A stretch of 64,000 bases of DNA, taken from positions 60,266,001-60,330,000 of the forward strand of contig NC_058368.1 of NCBI RefSeq assembly GCF_018350175.1, read 5' to 3'. How positions within the stretch are numbered: position 1 is the first letter of the stretch; each line of letters starts with the position of its first letter. Positions 13,130-26,059 of this stretch are shown here, piece after piece. Origin of the DNA: Felis catus. Taxonomy: Eukaryota. The position numbers and the translations under genes are program-made. Below the pieces are notes generated by a model, which did not search any database, was not told the origin of the DNA, and was given only the letters and a program-made list of their open reading frames with translations.

Positions 13130-13340
13130 TTGTATAATAGGAACCAGCAAAGACTTACTGTCAGAAACTCTGTGTAAAATATGCAACCCTGCCCTTAACT
13201 ACCAAGGATACTTTAGGAACAGAAAATTTTTTAGAGCTGTAATATCTTCATTTATAAAATGGAGACAGCGATAGTTATCTCTTGGGTTTACTATGAGTAC
13301 AAAATGATAGCATTTTTACAATTGCTTTGCAAACTAAAAA
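13130..13340 (+). mobile_element. MIR fragment
   Basis: 'tcttcatttataaaatggaga' resembles the MIR core. Confidence 0.55.
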
Positions 13341-14021
13341 GAATTCGGCATTATTAAAATATTTTAAGAAAGTAAATTACATAATTTTTGATGTTTTGTT
13401 AACTATTTCTGGATACTGAAGTATCATTTTGTATCCTAAACCAACAGTTTACTAAATGGTATTTTAGTGGTCTGTTTCCAGGGAATAACTTTCATATGGG
13501 TATTATCCAGTTGCATATAATGAAATGTGATATATAATCGAGCATTACACATTGAACTTATCATCTGGGAAATTGGAATTGTCAGTCCCTGAGAAAATAA
13601 TTAAAACCCATGCTTCCACAGAAATATATTGAAATTCATTTCTTGAGTAAAGATACATGTGGGAGAGAAAAAAAAAGATAAAATTGTTTTCTCTCTCTCT
13701 CTCTCTCTTTTGTAATGTTCAGGAATAAAATCTAATTCCAGGAAGAATATAGTGTAATGTGTAAGGAACAACACAACTGTCGATGCTTGAAAATGTTATT
13801 TCAGCTGCAATTAGAAAATAAGAGAACATTCTGAAAAATGGTCTGAAAAGTAACTGTTCTAAGAATGACGACAAAAGAAAGACTATTTGAAAGTATGATA
13901 TTTAATGAATTACTAGTCAAAAGGACCCTCAGCCATGTGAGGCTACATCATTTTGTAGAGTTACAACCAAAGGTGGAACTCTGAATAGCCAAATATGTTT
14001 ACATTCTTTTATAACTCCCAA

Positions 14022-14244
14022 GGGGCGCCTGGGTGGCACAGTCGGTTAAGCGTCCGACTTCAGCCAGGTCACGATCTCGCGGTCCGTGAGTTCGGCCCCG
14101 CGACAGGCTCTGGGCTGATGGCTCGGAGCCTGGAGCCTGTTTCCGGTTCTGTGTCTCCCTCTCTCTCTGCCCCTCCCCCGTTCATGCTCTGTCTCTCTCT
14201 GTGCCAAAAATAAATAAACGTTGAAAAAAAATTAAAAAAAAAAA
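14022..14244 (+). mobile_element. Young feline Can-SINE
   Basis: CpG-rich body with diagnostic 'cttcagccaggtcacgatc'; TSD ataactcccaa(g) at 14011 and 14245. Confidence 0.97.
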
Positions 14245-14599
14245 ATAACTCCCAAGATGAATAGTTTTTCTCCTAGGACCATGGACAGCACAAGAGTGAT
14301 GGAGCCATGGTGAGTTAAAGTATGTCTGGCCTTCTCTTTAATTCTACTGAAATTTAATTATGCATGGCTAAAAAGAAGTGGGTTGGGTTGCCTCTTAGTC
14401 TTCAATAATTTACTGTCATTTACAGTACAAAATCATAAATAAACTTAAATATAACATAAATTTACTCTGTGTCACATAAGTAATTGGTTTGACAGCTAAA
14501 TTAATTTAGCAAAGAAGTAGTTTTCAAATTCTTGCTTGTTTTAAACATAGCCTATAGTTAAATTGAATCAAATTGTTAGTTTCCTTTGCTTATTTGTGG

Positions 14600-14831
14600 C
14601 TTTTTAATTTTTTAATTTTTTTTTTATCTGAGAGAGAGAGAGAGGACAGGGGAGGGACAGAGGGAGAGAGATAGAGAGAAAGAGAAGAGAGAGAAAGAGA
14701 GAGAGAATCCCAAGTCAGCTCCATGCTCAGCTTAGACCCAGACGAGGGGCTCTATCCTACAACCCTGGGATCATGATCTGAACCAATATCAAGAGTTGGA
14801 AGTTCAACTGACTGAGTCACCCTGGTGCCCC
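14600..14831 (-). mobile_element. Can-SINE (older subfamily)
   Basis: T tail, GA-rich region, head ending ctggtgcccc. Confidence 0.92.
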
Positions 14832-14904
14832 TCTTAGCTTTTAATGTACATTAGTGTTTAAAACCAAGTAACTTTCACTCAGATTGTTCACCAATACTCA
14901 GGAA

Positions 14905-15670
14905 AACAAAATGGGCTCACTCTTGGTGTTGTACATTCTATGGATTTAGACAAATGTATAATGGCATGTATCCACCATTAGAGTAGCATACAGAGTATCT
15001 TTTTAAAAATTTTTTTAAATGTTTATTTTTGAAGGAGAGAGAGACAGAGTATGAGTGAGGGAGGGGCAGAGAGAAGGGGACACAGAATCTGAAGCTTGCC
15101 CCAGGTTCTGAGCCATCAGCACAGAGCCTGACACGGGGCTTGAACCCATGAACTGTGAGATCATGACCTGAGTCAAAGTCAGATGCTTAAACCCACTGAG
15201 TCACCCAGGTACCCCTAGAGTATCTTCACTGCCCTAAAAATCCTCTGTTCTCTGTCTATACATCCCTTCCTTCCCCAGCCCCTAGCAACCACTCATCTTT
15301 GTACTGTCTCCATAGCTTTGTCTTTCCCAGAATGTCATGTTATTGGAATCATAATGTATATACCCTTTCTAGATTGGCTTCCTTCACTTAGCAATAAGCA
15401 TTTAAGGCTTCTCCAAGTCTTTTCATGGCTTGATATAACATTGCTTTTTAGGACTAAATAATATTTCATTGTCCAAATTAGCAGATCATTGATCCCTTCA
15501 CCTCATGAAGGACATTTTGCTTGCTTCCATTTTTAATAACTATGAATAAAGCTGCTAAAAACATCCATGTGCAGGTTATTGTCTGAACATCAGCTTTCAA
15601 CTACTTTGGGTGAACATCAAGGAGTGATTTCTAGATGGGTAGGTGAAGGGTCTGTTTTATTTTGTAAGAA
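14905..15670 (-). mobile_element. L1MC-like 3' fragment interrupted by a SINE
   Basis: 'tcactcttggtgttgtacattctatgg...ttcactgccctaaaaatcctctg...tatgaataaagctgct'. Confidence 0.82.
15002..15215 (-). mobile_element. Can-SINE nested in L1MC
   Basis: TSD agagtatctt at 14992-15001 and 15217-15226. Confidence 0.95.
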
Positions 15671-16418
15671 TAGTCTACTGTTCTGAATTCTATTTCTCTA
15701 TGTCCTTTACAAGTTTTTTTTTCTTTATTTCTTTTCAATTTCTTTGTGAATAAATAGTATAATGATTTGTAATGATATTTTTTCTGTCCATATCAAGCTG
15801 GTATAAAAATATGGGTAACAATAAAAAAAAAGTCTTCCAAATAGTTTTGAGGCTAATCTAACAAGTGTGAGATCTCTGAAACATTAAGTTCTCAACTATA
15901 AATTCTCATTTAGGATCTTAAAGAATGAGTTTCTTCTCTCTCTTTAATTTCCCTAACTGACTCCCTATAAGTCTGAGTTCTTCTCCCAAATATAAATAAC
16001 ATGCATTCTGAATTTTTCACTCTAAGCAAAAGGTGTCACATTGACATTGCTCTGTTTGATCTTAGTTTCTAATTATTTTTGATCATGCTAATACCAAAGG
16101 TCTACTTATGGACTTTGTTTTCTATATTCATATGACTAAATAACTCATGACCATAAGAACATAATAAGATGACCTAGGTATAACATGGGCTTATCACCTG
16201 TCAGCTATATGGTCTTGACCAGAAAAATAGTACTTACTTCAAAAGATTTCTTGAGGTAGCAATTTAATACTTGTCTAGATTGCTTAGGACAGTTGAACAC
16301 TCAAAAGACTAATGAAAAATTAAAATTTACTGGTATCATTTTTTGCCTTTTATTTGTTATTATTTTTGCATTTCCTAATAATATTGGCAAAGTTTAAATT
16401 TGCTTTGGCACTTAGAGT

Positions 16419-16884
16419 TGGTATGAGTTGAATTGTGACCCCTTCCAAATATGTACAACTCCTAACTCTCAATACCTGTGAATGTGGCCTTATTTGGAAA
16501 TAAGGTACTGCAGATTTAATCAAGTTAAAATAAAGTCATTTATTCCAATATGACTGGTATCCTTATGAGAAAGGGGAAATTTAGACTCCACAGAGAGAAT
16601 ACCATGGTAAAACACAGAGACACACAGACACAAAAGCAAAATAGCCTTGTGAAGATGAGGGAGAGAATGGAGTTACACGGCCATAGCCATGAAATTCTTA
16701 GGGCTACTGAAAGCTGGAAGAGGAAAGGAAATACCTTCCCCCGAGAGGTTTCAGAGGGAGCACTTTCCTGCCAACAACTTGATTTCAGATTTCTAAGGCT
16801 CCAGAAATGTGAGACTAAATTTCTATCATCTCGATCCACTCACTTTTTAGAACTTTATCATGGAATCCCTAGGAAAGGAACACA
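16419..16884 (+). mobile_element. MLT1 (B/C-like) solo LTR
   Basis: 'gagttgaattgtg...gaatgtggccttatttggaaataagg...gtgaagatg...ccagaaatgtgaga...ctaggaaaggaacaca'. Confidence 0.85.
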
Positions 16885-17689
16885 ATAGCCTTGTCACTGA
16901 CTATTGCTCGTCTGTCCCTGAACTTTGCTTCACCTGAAGCATTTGTATCCCAAATCTTCTAACAAGGAAGAAAAAGATGACCCTTCTACTTGTGTAACAA
17001 ATCTTTCTTTTGACTTCTCCTTTTACATTTTCATAGTGTCCAGACCCCATATGTCATTTGATAAATGTGTTTTACAGACTACATCATGGCCCAAAATGAA
17101 ACCTACCTTAGCAGGCTGTGTTTCTCTTTACTGTGCCTCTGCCTCTGGTCTTTGTTAGAGATAATAAAGACTCAATCTCACCACTTGTTTTAGTCTCATA
17201 ATTGGCAGATAAGTGTCAGCTCCATGTTTTTCGGCCCTTGCACTGCTCAGAAGGTCCGGTGGCCGTTATTCAAAGAGAATCTGATCTTATTTACTCTGGT
17301 ATGCCAGAATTCTCACTGTTGTCCCCCTTAAGGTCCCTGTTTCCCACCAAATGCTTACTACTACAGCCTTATTAAAGTTCTAACAAATAATAAATGAACC
17401 ATAAGCCTAATTTCCTGCTTCCATGTTTTTGGTCATTCTGCTCCATTTACTTTTATTACAAATACTCAAATCCCTGCCTGCCCATATTTCATCTGATTAA
17501 TCCTAACCATTATATTTCACATTTTTTAGTACTCTAATTTCCACTTTCATTGTGACCTACAATCTGGTAATCTCTGCATTTGGACATGGCCATCAAGTCT
17601 CCCCACTCTCAATTATATAAAGCATATCTGCCCCTGTCAGGGTTAAATCATTCCCACCAACTGCAATCGTTTTCCACTAGCACTATGAG

Positions 17690-18160
17690 GGGAGAATGTT
17701 CCTGGTCCTTACTTTTGTAGATTTAGGGTTGACTCCCTGGGGGAGGAGTAGAGATGATGGAGTGGAGTTTCACGGGTGGCTTCTCCTCCTTTCCTGTGGT
17801 TCATAGACTCTGATCTTCCCTGTGAGCCCCGAGCAAGGGAAAGAGAGCAGCCCTCTTGTCTGGCCCTAAGTGGCTCCTCATTTGTTTTCTGCCCAACTTT
17901 TATCAATTTGACTTTTAAAAACTGTGTCTTCTTAATGGCTTACATGGTCTTGAAAGATCAGTCCCAGGTAAACAAACTCTTGGCCTTCTCTCTCTCTCTC
18001 TCTCCAGGTTTCAGATTACTCCATTACACTGTAATTTCAGTTTTCTAATATTTTCAGGAAAAAAATATCTAATTTTCAGTTTGTTCAGCTCTTGGTCAGT
18101 TGTCAGAGTGTCAACAGTACTCTCTCTAGCTCCCTGTTCTAGCTGAAACCTAGAACTTGT
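17690..18160 (-). mobile_element. Possible old L1 5'-end fragment
   Basis: 'aattttcagtttgttcagct...tctagctc...gctgaaacctagaact' resembles L1M 5' ends. Confidence 0.4.
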
Positions 18161-18531
18161 CTGGATTATTTTGGAAAATTATGTGAAATCTGTTTCTTTA
18201 AGAATTCTTCTCATACACCATCCCATATGTACTTATTAACAGCATAGGTCATCCTTCGTTTTCTTTTCCAATGCCTATGCCATAGCATAATTGATAACCC
18301 TTTTCCCTACTTTTTGAATAATATTATTTTAATGTTTTTGGGAAAACTAGTACCCTCCTTTCACCCAAGAGCCTCAGAGAATGGTTTTTTGCTTGTCTTC
18401 TTGTTTTTTAATTAGGCCAACATCAGTGATTATGGAGGTAAGTTTGACTAGTAGGGGAGGAATTTAATTTCTTTATGCTTTGAAGCCAGGTATTATTGTC
18501 ATTGTGTATTTGTATTTTCCTCTTCTAGATT

Positions 18532-18963
18532 TGAAAGAAGACTTAAGCTGCTTCCATTTGACTTTCTAGGTAAGTTCTTCTTTCTAGCTTGTCTCTTGTT
18601 CCAGGTGGAAGACCCTGATGGAAACTGAAACCACCCCCTCTAGCAATAAGAACTGCCCTAAGCCAGCAAGACCCTGCCTGTGTTGACTCCAAGGCAGGGA
18701 TCATTTGCCTTTCAGTGCCTATCTGCACATACTCACCCACCTTTGCCCCACAGTTTGCCTATCTGAACCTGGAAGTCTTTTTGGTTCTTTGGAGACAATC
18801 TTTGAGACACTAGTCTGCTGTCTTCCCAGTGTTCCTCACTGAAATAAATTCCTTTTTGGTTTCACCACCACCCCTTTCTCTGCCTTTGGATTTTGTCAAT
18901 GATCAGTGACTGAACGTGGTCTGTTAGGGACCCAGAGCTGGGCACTCTTGCCTTCTTGCTTCA
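18532..18963 (+). mobile_element. ERV1-type solo LTR
   Basis: TGAA...TTCA termini, 4-bp TSD GATT (18528-18531, 18964-18967), AATAAA at 18843-18848. Confidence 0.8.
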
Positions 18964-19434
18964 GATTTAAACTCCTTTAAGAAAAGCAATTATTCCATTT
19001 TTAAATTCTTTACTATGCAGTGTTTTCTACAAATTAAGTATTAAATAGGTATTGAATTTATTTAGTTTGAGTACTTACAAATCTCTACTGAGACCAAAAG
19101 TCCCAATAACGACTACTAATAAGAATATTCATTCCACTCTTTCTGCCTACCTTTCTTTTTTTTCTTAGTTTGAACACCTACAAGATAAATAGATAAACAT
19201 GTGATAAAACTCAAGTAAATTATATAGATTGAGTATAATAGATGACACTGCAAACATGAAAGAATCAAGTATTCAGTAATATTTATGGCATATTAAAATG
19301 CGGCTCTCACTACAAGGACATCTAGCACAAAATAAGAAAATAAAGAAATTTATCTAATCTACTCCATTTTTCTTAATATCCTCTCAAGAAATTATTAAAG
19401 TTAGCTACACAGGTATTGTCAGAAAAAAGATTTT

Positions 19435-19639
19435 TTTTTTTTTTTTTAACTTTTGGGACAGAGAGAGACAGAGCATGAACGGGGGAGGGGCAGAGAGAGA
19501 GGGAGACACAGAATCGGAAACAGGCTCCAGGCTCCGAGCCATCAGCCCAGAGCCCGACGCGGGGCTCGAACTCACGGACCGCGAGATCGTGACCTGGCTG
19601 AAGTCGGACGTTTAACCGACTGCGCCACCCAGGCGCCCC
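19435..19639 (-). mobile_element. Young feline Can-SINE
   Basis: CpG-rich; perfect TSD cagaaaaaagatttt (19420-19434, 19640-19654). Confidence 0.97.
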
Positions 19640-19925
19640 CAGAAAAAAGATTTTATAATGTGGGTCCATGTGAAGCCAAATAACCCTACTTGAAGCAGAG
19701 TGAAGAGATTACAATCAGCCAAAAGGCACCTTGAGTTCGGGCTGTAAATTAATGAGGGCAAAAGGGTTAATAATAAAGAAAGAAAGGAATAAAGGGACAG
19801 AGTGACAAGAGAAGCAAATTTCATTTTGTTTCTATCAGGGTCAGCTTTCATCCTGTCCTCCTAGCACTACTTCCTTTCTTACTCAAAACCTAAATAAGGA
19901 AACAGACTTGAAAGAATCATAAACA

Positions 19926-20117
19926 GGGGTGTCCAGGTGGCTCATTCATTTAAGGGTCTGATTTCAGCTTAGGTCATGGTCTAATGGTTTGTGAGCTCAA
20001 GCCCCACATTTAACTGTGCACTGACAGTGCAGAGCCTGCTTTGGATCCTCTGTCTCCCTCTCTCTCTGCCCCTCTCCCACTTACTCTCTCTCTCAAAAAT
20101 AAATGAACATTTAAAAA
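19926..20117 (+). mobile_element. Can-SINE
   Basis: Full body; TSD aaagaatca(t/a)aaac. Confidence 0.94.
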
Positions 20118-20491
20118 AAAGAATCAAAAACTGATTTTGTGGTTTGAAAAGCCCAGTGGTGATGGTATATCCACTAATGGAGGTGGGCAGGGACAAAAAT
20201 GATCCCAGAAAAAAATATATTTAGTGAAATAATGTGGATATTTATATCAAGTGTTAAAATTATGTTGCCTAATTCAGCCACCTTTCAAGGCATTCTAAGA
20301 CCAGATTTGTTTCCTCATTACTGATTCCCAGCTGTTCTTAGTACTCACTTTCCTCCCAAGCTGTTTCTTTACATGAAAATGATTAAGACGAATAATTTGC
20401 TTACATAGAAGTAAGGCCAATAAGTGTTCCTGGTCTTGAAGATTTCCCAAATATGTTTTTTGCTGACTTCTCTTTTTTCATGTTGATTATC

Positions 20492-20495
<4 letters not shown>

Positions 20496-20542
<47 letters not shown>
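20496..20542. repeat. (TA)n microsatellite abutting a SINE tail
   Basis: Direct reading. Confidence 0.97.
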
Positions 20543-20547
<5 letters not shown>

Positions 20548-20781
20548 TTTAATGTTTATTTATTTTGAGAGAAACAGACAGACAGAGCAGGATGAGCGGA
20601 GGAGTGGCATAAAGAGAGAAAGAGATAGGGAGACAAAGGGAGGGGGACAGAGAGAGTATCCCAAGCAGGCTCCATGCTGAGCAAGACCCAAGTTTAGGGC
20701 TCCATCTCAGGACCATAAGATCCCTACCTGAGCTAAAACCAAGAGTCAGATGCTTAACTGACTGAACCACCCAGGCACCCC
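20543..20781 (-). mobile_element. Can-SINE (older subfamily)
   Basis: Tail, GA-rich region, head ending ccaggcacccc. Confidence 0.93.
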
Positions 20782-20952
20782 TACAATTTATATTTTTATG
20801 TCTATTAGAAAAATTTTCTTAGGCAATGTATAATGTCACATACTCTTTAGATGACCCAAAATTATTTGCATGCTTAAACATCAGTTTTCTCTCTTAGTAA
20901 CCAAGGGAAAGTGAGAAATTTTAAAGTCCTAGATTAAAGAAAAAAAAATACA

Positions 20953-21158
20953 GGGGCACCTGGGTGGCTCAGTTGGTTGGGAGGCCGACTACAGCTCAGG
21001 TCATGATTTTGTGGTTTGTGATTTCGAGCCCCGCATCGGGTTCTGTGCTGACAGCTTGGAGCCTGGAGCCTGCTTCGGATTCTGAGTCTTCCTGTCTCTC
21101 GGCCCTTCCCATGCTCATGCTCTGTCTCTCTCTGTCAATAATAAACGTTAAAAAAAAA
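20953..21158 (+). mobile_element. Can-SINE
   Basis: ggggcacctgggtggctcag head through A tail. Confidence 0.95.
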
Positions 21159-21615
21159 TTAACAGAAGCCCATCATCCCAAGGTTATCTTATCCCATGGT
21201 GCTGCAGTCTTTTGTGTAACCTACTGTGCAGCATGCTGAGATCAGATAGGGAAACAAAATACCGTAAGTAAAACCAATTGCTATGATGTTTGGGCACCTA
21301 AACAATTAAATGACCATCAGTATAGGACTTTTTCATAGTTAAAAGAAAGTAAGGAAATATGAGCATGACTACAAAGAAAAAAGAATTTTCTTTTGGTTTT
21401 CATGTTGAAACCAGAGGGATTCATCTTTATGTAATCCTTGGGTTGCTACTCTTCTGTGTTTTCACACAAGGGGTTATCTTCTTTGCATTTGAATTGATAC
21501 TTCTTCACCAGATCCTCCTCAATTTACATCTAAGACTTCAAGTGAAGTTTTTCAGTCATACTACAGGCACAATTTTCTTCCCAATGTCGGGGCTATTACT
21601 GTTCTAATAACTGTA

Positions 21616-22062
21616 TTTTTTTTTCTTTTTTAAAAATGTTTATTATGGGGCGCCTGGGTGGTTCAGTCGGTTAAGCGGCTGACTTTGGCTCAGGTCATGA
21701 TCTCGCGGTCCGTGAGTTCGAGCCCCGCGTCGTCGGGCTCTGTGCTGACAGCTCAGAGCCTGGAGTCTGTTTCAGATTCTGTGTCTCCCTCTCTCTGACC
21801 CTCCCCCGTTCATGCTCTGTCTCTCTCTGTCTCAAAAATAAATAAACGTTAAAAAAAAAAGTTTATTATTTTTGAGAGAGAGAGAGAGAGACAGAGAGCA
21901 AGCAGGGAAGGGGAAGAAAGAGAGGGAGATACAGAATCGGAAGCAGGCTCCAGACTCTGAACTGTCAGCACAGAGCCCGACATGGGGCTCAAACTCACAA
22001 AATGCAAGATCATGACCCGAGCTCAAGTCGGATGCCCAACCGACTGAGCCACCCAGGCACAC
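21616..22062 (-). mobile_element. Can-SINE host whose tail is split by a second SINE
   Basis: Tail part 21616-21646; body resumes at ~21861-22062. Confidence 0.9.
21647..21860 (+). mobile_element. Can-SINE nested in the opposite-strand SINE
   Basis: TSD gtttattat (21638-21646, 21861-21869); CpG-rich. Confidence 0.95.
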
Positions 22063-23234
22063 CATTGGGCTTCTGTTAATCAGTGCTTGCCTCCTTCTCT
22101 CAAAGCCTGTGGTCTACAGTACTACTCTACCTGGAGAGCCTTTGTAATTAGGCAAATCTCCTGAAACCAAGATGGGGACACAGGCCTGAGTATCACCATT
22201 CTTCTCCTAAGCAGATATAACCAAGCTTTTGAATTCCCTAAATTCCCCACAGGCAACTTCTGAATTCTTAATCATGTTTCCAGTCCTGTCTGGTTCTGAA
22301 TCCCCCCTCTCCTGAAAGCTAATTTTGCTGAAACTCTTGCAAATAAGTTTTATGCTATGATTCAAAATCTGTAAATATGTAGTAATCCATATCAGCATGG
22401 TTATTGCCCAGTGAAATGTGGTACATTTTCAACATGATTATGGATATTAGTTTTGAAAACACGTTTTACTGGGTTGAAGAAAATGGTCCCATCAAATTGA
22501 ATCAATAAAATAAGAATGGAACACAACAAGTAGATCTAATTTTTAACTGTACTCCTCCCTTAATACTCATGCCTAGGCATTAGCACTATGCTTTCACGGT
22601 TTAGCCTTCCCAAACCCATCTATGTATATTTAATTATCACTGTACCTCTTGTAGACAACATTAATTTGCATCCTTAAAAAGGCTATTCCTCTTCCTGAAA
22701 TGCTCTTTCCATTCTCTCAACATATGCCAATGCACCTTTTTTCTTTAGTTTTTTTCAACATGTGTTTCCTTCCTTTCCTGAGCTACTGTATTAAATAAAT
22801 GATTTTGCTTTTCAAATAATTGTACAGAGTGATGGTATAGGGTTGCCATTATTTTGTTTACATTTAAAGGATAAGGAAAGTAGCAACCGAGAATAATAAA
22901 TGCCATTTCTTCAGCAAATACTCATTCATTCAAATTAAATCTTTAATATTTTGTTGATGAATATCTATGTAACGAGTATGTTGTGCTTTTTACTTGAAAT
23001 TTTTTGTGCCTGCATTCACTTTGCATTCACATTATGTTCCCACCTAAAGACATATCAAGTACTGGAAACCAGGATCAGGACTCAGATTTGCTTCCCACAT
23101 TTGCATGTAATGAATTTACATGTTCTTGATAAACATTCTCTGATGGACTGAAGAGAAGCTTTAATATAAGCTGGACAATAACATTGAGAATCACTAAGTG
23201 TTTTGGTTATTTTCCCAACATTTGAGTGAAAATC

Positions 23235-23460
23235 ATTTCATTGTACTTATTACTAAGTATATATTTAGTGCTTCTCATATTCCAGACAACGGGCTGGGTA
23301 CAGGGAGTAAAAATATGAGTAAAATAGGACTCCTGCTTTTGGGACTTCACAGTCTAGTAAAACGAGACAGCATGAATAAAAATATTTCCAGTGCTGTGAA
23401 GTAAGTGCCAATTAGTGTTTCTATGGTGGCATGGGAGGCAATGGAGCAGATGCCTGTACC
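23235..23460 (-). mobile_element. L2 3' fragment
   Basis: 'tatttagtgcttctcatattccagac...gctgggta...ttcacagtctagt'. Confidence 0.65.
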
Positions 23461-25844
23461 TGATGGCCTCAAGGCCTCCTCTCATGGAGCACCTGAAGAC
23501 AATCCTTTCTGGCATAAGTAACTTGGAATCTCAGATTTCTTGAAACTTGTGTGAAACCAAAAACTTAGCCTTATATTTCTTACTCCCTGACATTTTTTTT
23601 TCCTCCATGCCTAACAGGTTACCTGGAAGACATTAGATTCAGAATAAATATTTTTAAAAAATAATAAATATTTTGTGAACACAGGCTTATCATACAAATA
23701 AAATATAAAATGCCTGAAAAACCCAATAGTTTCAAAATACTTACCTCATCTCTAAACAGACCATGAATGGCCATAATATGCTTCATAGTTGTTATGTATC
23801 TCTCTTAGTGTGACTGCTATATAATTTGGGTAAAGAAATATTCATGGATTTGACTAGAGGGTACTGCCCAGAAGCAATTTAGAGTGTTACATAATATTTG
23901 TATAATGTATACTGCAACACCTTTTTTGCATTATATATAAAATATAAAAATAGATAAGTACCTTAAGTAAATAACATAAATAAATTTCTAAATAATATAA
24001 TTACATAAAAGTAAATTATATTTATTTTATATTATATTTATAAATCTAATACTATATATGTATTTTTCTATATGTACATGGATATATGTACATACGGATG
24101 TATGTGTGTATATATATTGCACTTTGAAGTCCATATGGCCCAAAGGGACTCAGAAGATAAAAATTTGTGTTCTATGAGTGAGCACAGTCTGCCCAAATAG
24201 AACTTCTTTGAATTCTCTTCAGGAATGGCAACTCTTGCCACATCATTTTCCTGCTAGTTCACAGCTGTCAGTTTCAAATCCAGGATCAATTGCAAGACAG
24301 GCCCATATAACATTCTGAGAAAAAATGAACAAAAGGACTGTTAAGGAAGGCAAAGCCGCAGGTATTTTAAAAATTGATTTGTAAGCGAACTGTGGGCTAC
24401 TTTAGGGGAACACATACAGAAACTGATGATAAACCAACACTTCTGTTTACCTGAGAAACAGACACACTCAGGGAAACGTATTTGACTTCAGTTCAGTGGC
24501 TTTAGCATGAAGCTTGGGTATGAATTAAAAAAGGAGACTTTATACGGCTAGTCACAGTTTTTCCTGACCATCTTTTTTGCCATTGTCATATTTGCATTGT
24601 CCCAACATTTATTCTAAATAAGAGAATGCATCAACTTTTTATTTTATTTGATATTTTGTATTTTGTATTTTAATATTTTATGTAAATAAAGTATTTCTTT
24701 CAGATTTCAGAAAACTGATCAAATAAAACTACTATCCTATTAGTAAACATTAATTAACATCATGGCATTTCATTCAAAAATATGTCCTTTAAATTAGACT
24801 CCTAATATCCTTACTCTGAAATTGTATTAATCTAAGAAACATTTGTATTTCCTTTGCTGTCCCCATAAGTGACAAATTTTAGAAAATTATCTCCAATGGA
24901 CCTTGCCTGTACGTAAATTATCTAGATAAAATACTGGAGTTTTTCTCCTTATGTAATGGAATTTGAAGACTTCATTTTCTCATAGCAAGTTACAACTGCA
25001 ACTTTTCTTTAAAAAAGAAAAAAAAAACAGAACTAACTCCTTGGGTCCTTTAAAAAATTAATCTTGAGAATTCAATTTCTTTTACCTCCTAATGTCTTAA
25101 ATTTCAATCATCTCTTTCATTTTTACAGGACAAGAACAGCAGTTTTCCTTAAATTGCTAAGTTCTATCTAGTTCAATACATTTTCTACCTTAGGCTTTTC
25201 CTGAGCATCCTATGATTACTAAGTTGTAAAAAGAATAAAATGAGACTTTTACTTCTTGGCTGGGTGAAAACAATAAGTCATTGCACTCTGGCTTATTGTC
25301 AACCCTTAGCAAGGAGGAACAAATAGCAATTGTCTCTTGTGATCCAACCTGACACCTTCCATAGATTTCTAAGGTCAACCAAAACAACACCTTATTCCCT
25401 TTCCACACTGCATTATACCTAGGCTTAAAATTTAACTTAAAATTCTATCTAAATAATTCCAACTAAATACAAGAAACCCCAGGGGGATGGGGGGCGGGAA
25501 TTTGTGTCTTGCGAGGTAGGTTTTTCTTTAAAGTTTTTTTAAATAGGTAATAATATGGCAAATATGAATTGGAAGTAGAATTAAAAAGTTCATTGCAAGT
25601 TCTCTATATCATAACATATTTAAAAACTGCAATCATATATTATTGACCAGTATCTTGCCCTTATTTTAATGCTACTGCAAATAGAGTTAATACAGCTTAG
25701 GATGTGACAGAGAAAATATAATGTGCAAGCCAAACAGATAAGACATAGTGTAACATCTAATGTAAGAGAGTTTGTGCCACGTAAGGTACTAAGAAAGCAT
25801 ACGGTAATCTCCCTTCAGATAATGTATCATGCTTGTAACTGTAT

Positions 25845-25995
25845 GTGAACTTCTGTGATTATATCTTATTATCTGTCTACCAACTAAACGGTAAGTTTCA
25901 TAAGAGTAAAACCGGTTTTAGAGTGATCAACATTTTATCAGCACAATTTCTGATAGTATAAGGTACACAGACAATAAATATTTATTCAGTGAATA
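25845..25995 (+). mobile_element. L2 3' end
   Basis: 'taagtttcataagag...caataaatatttattcagtgaat'. Confidence 0.65.
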
Positions 25996-26059
25996 AGAGT
26001 CCTGAAGAATTTGATCAGCTTACTAAGGGTTCTATAAATTTTGCCATATCAGAAGATAT

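Noticed and set aside
14022..14100. tRNA-like A/B boxes
   Set aside because: These are SINE heads, not tRNA genes.
16540..16888. Overlapping 99-112 aa ORFs on both strands
   Set aside because: They lie within an MLT1 LTR.
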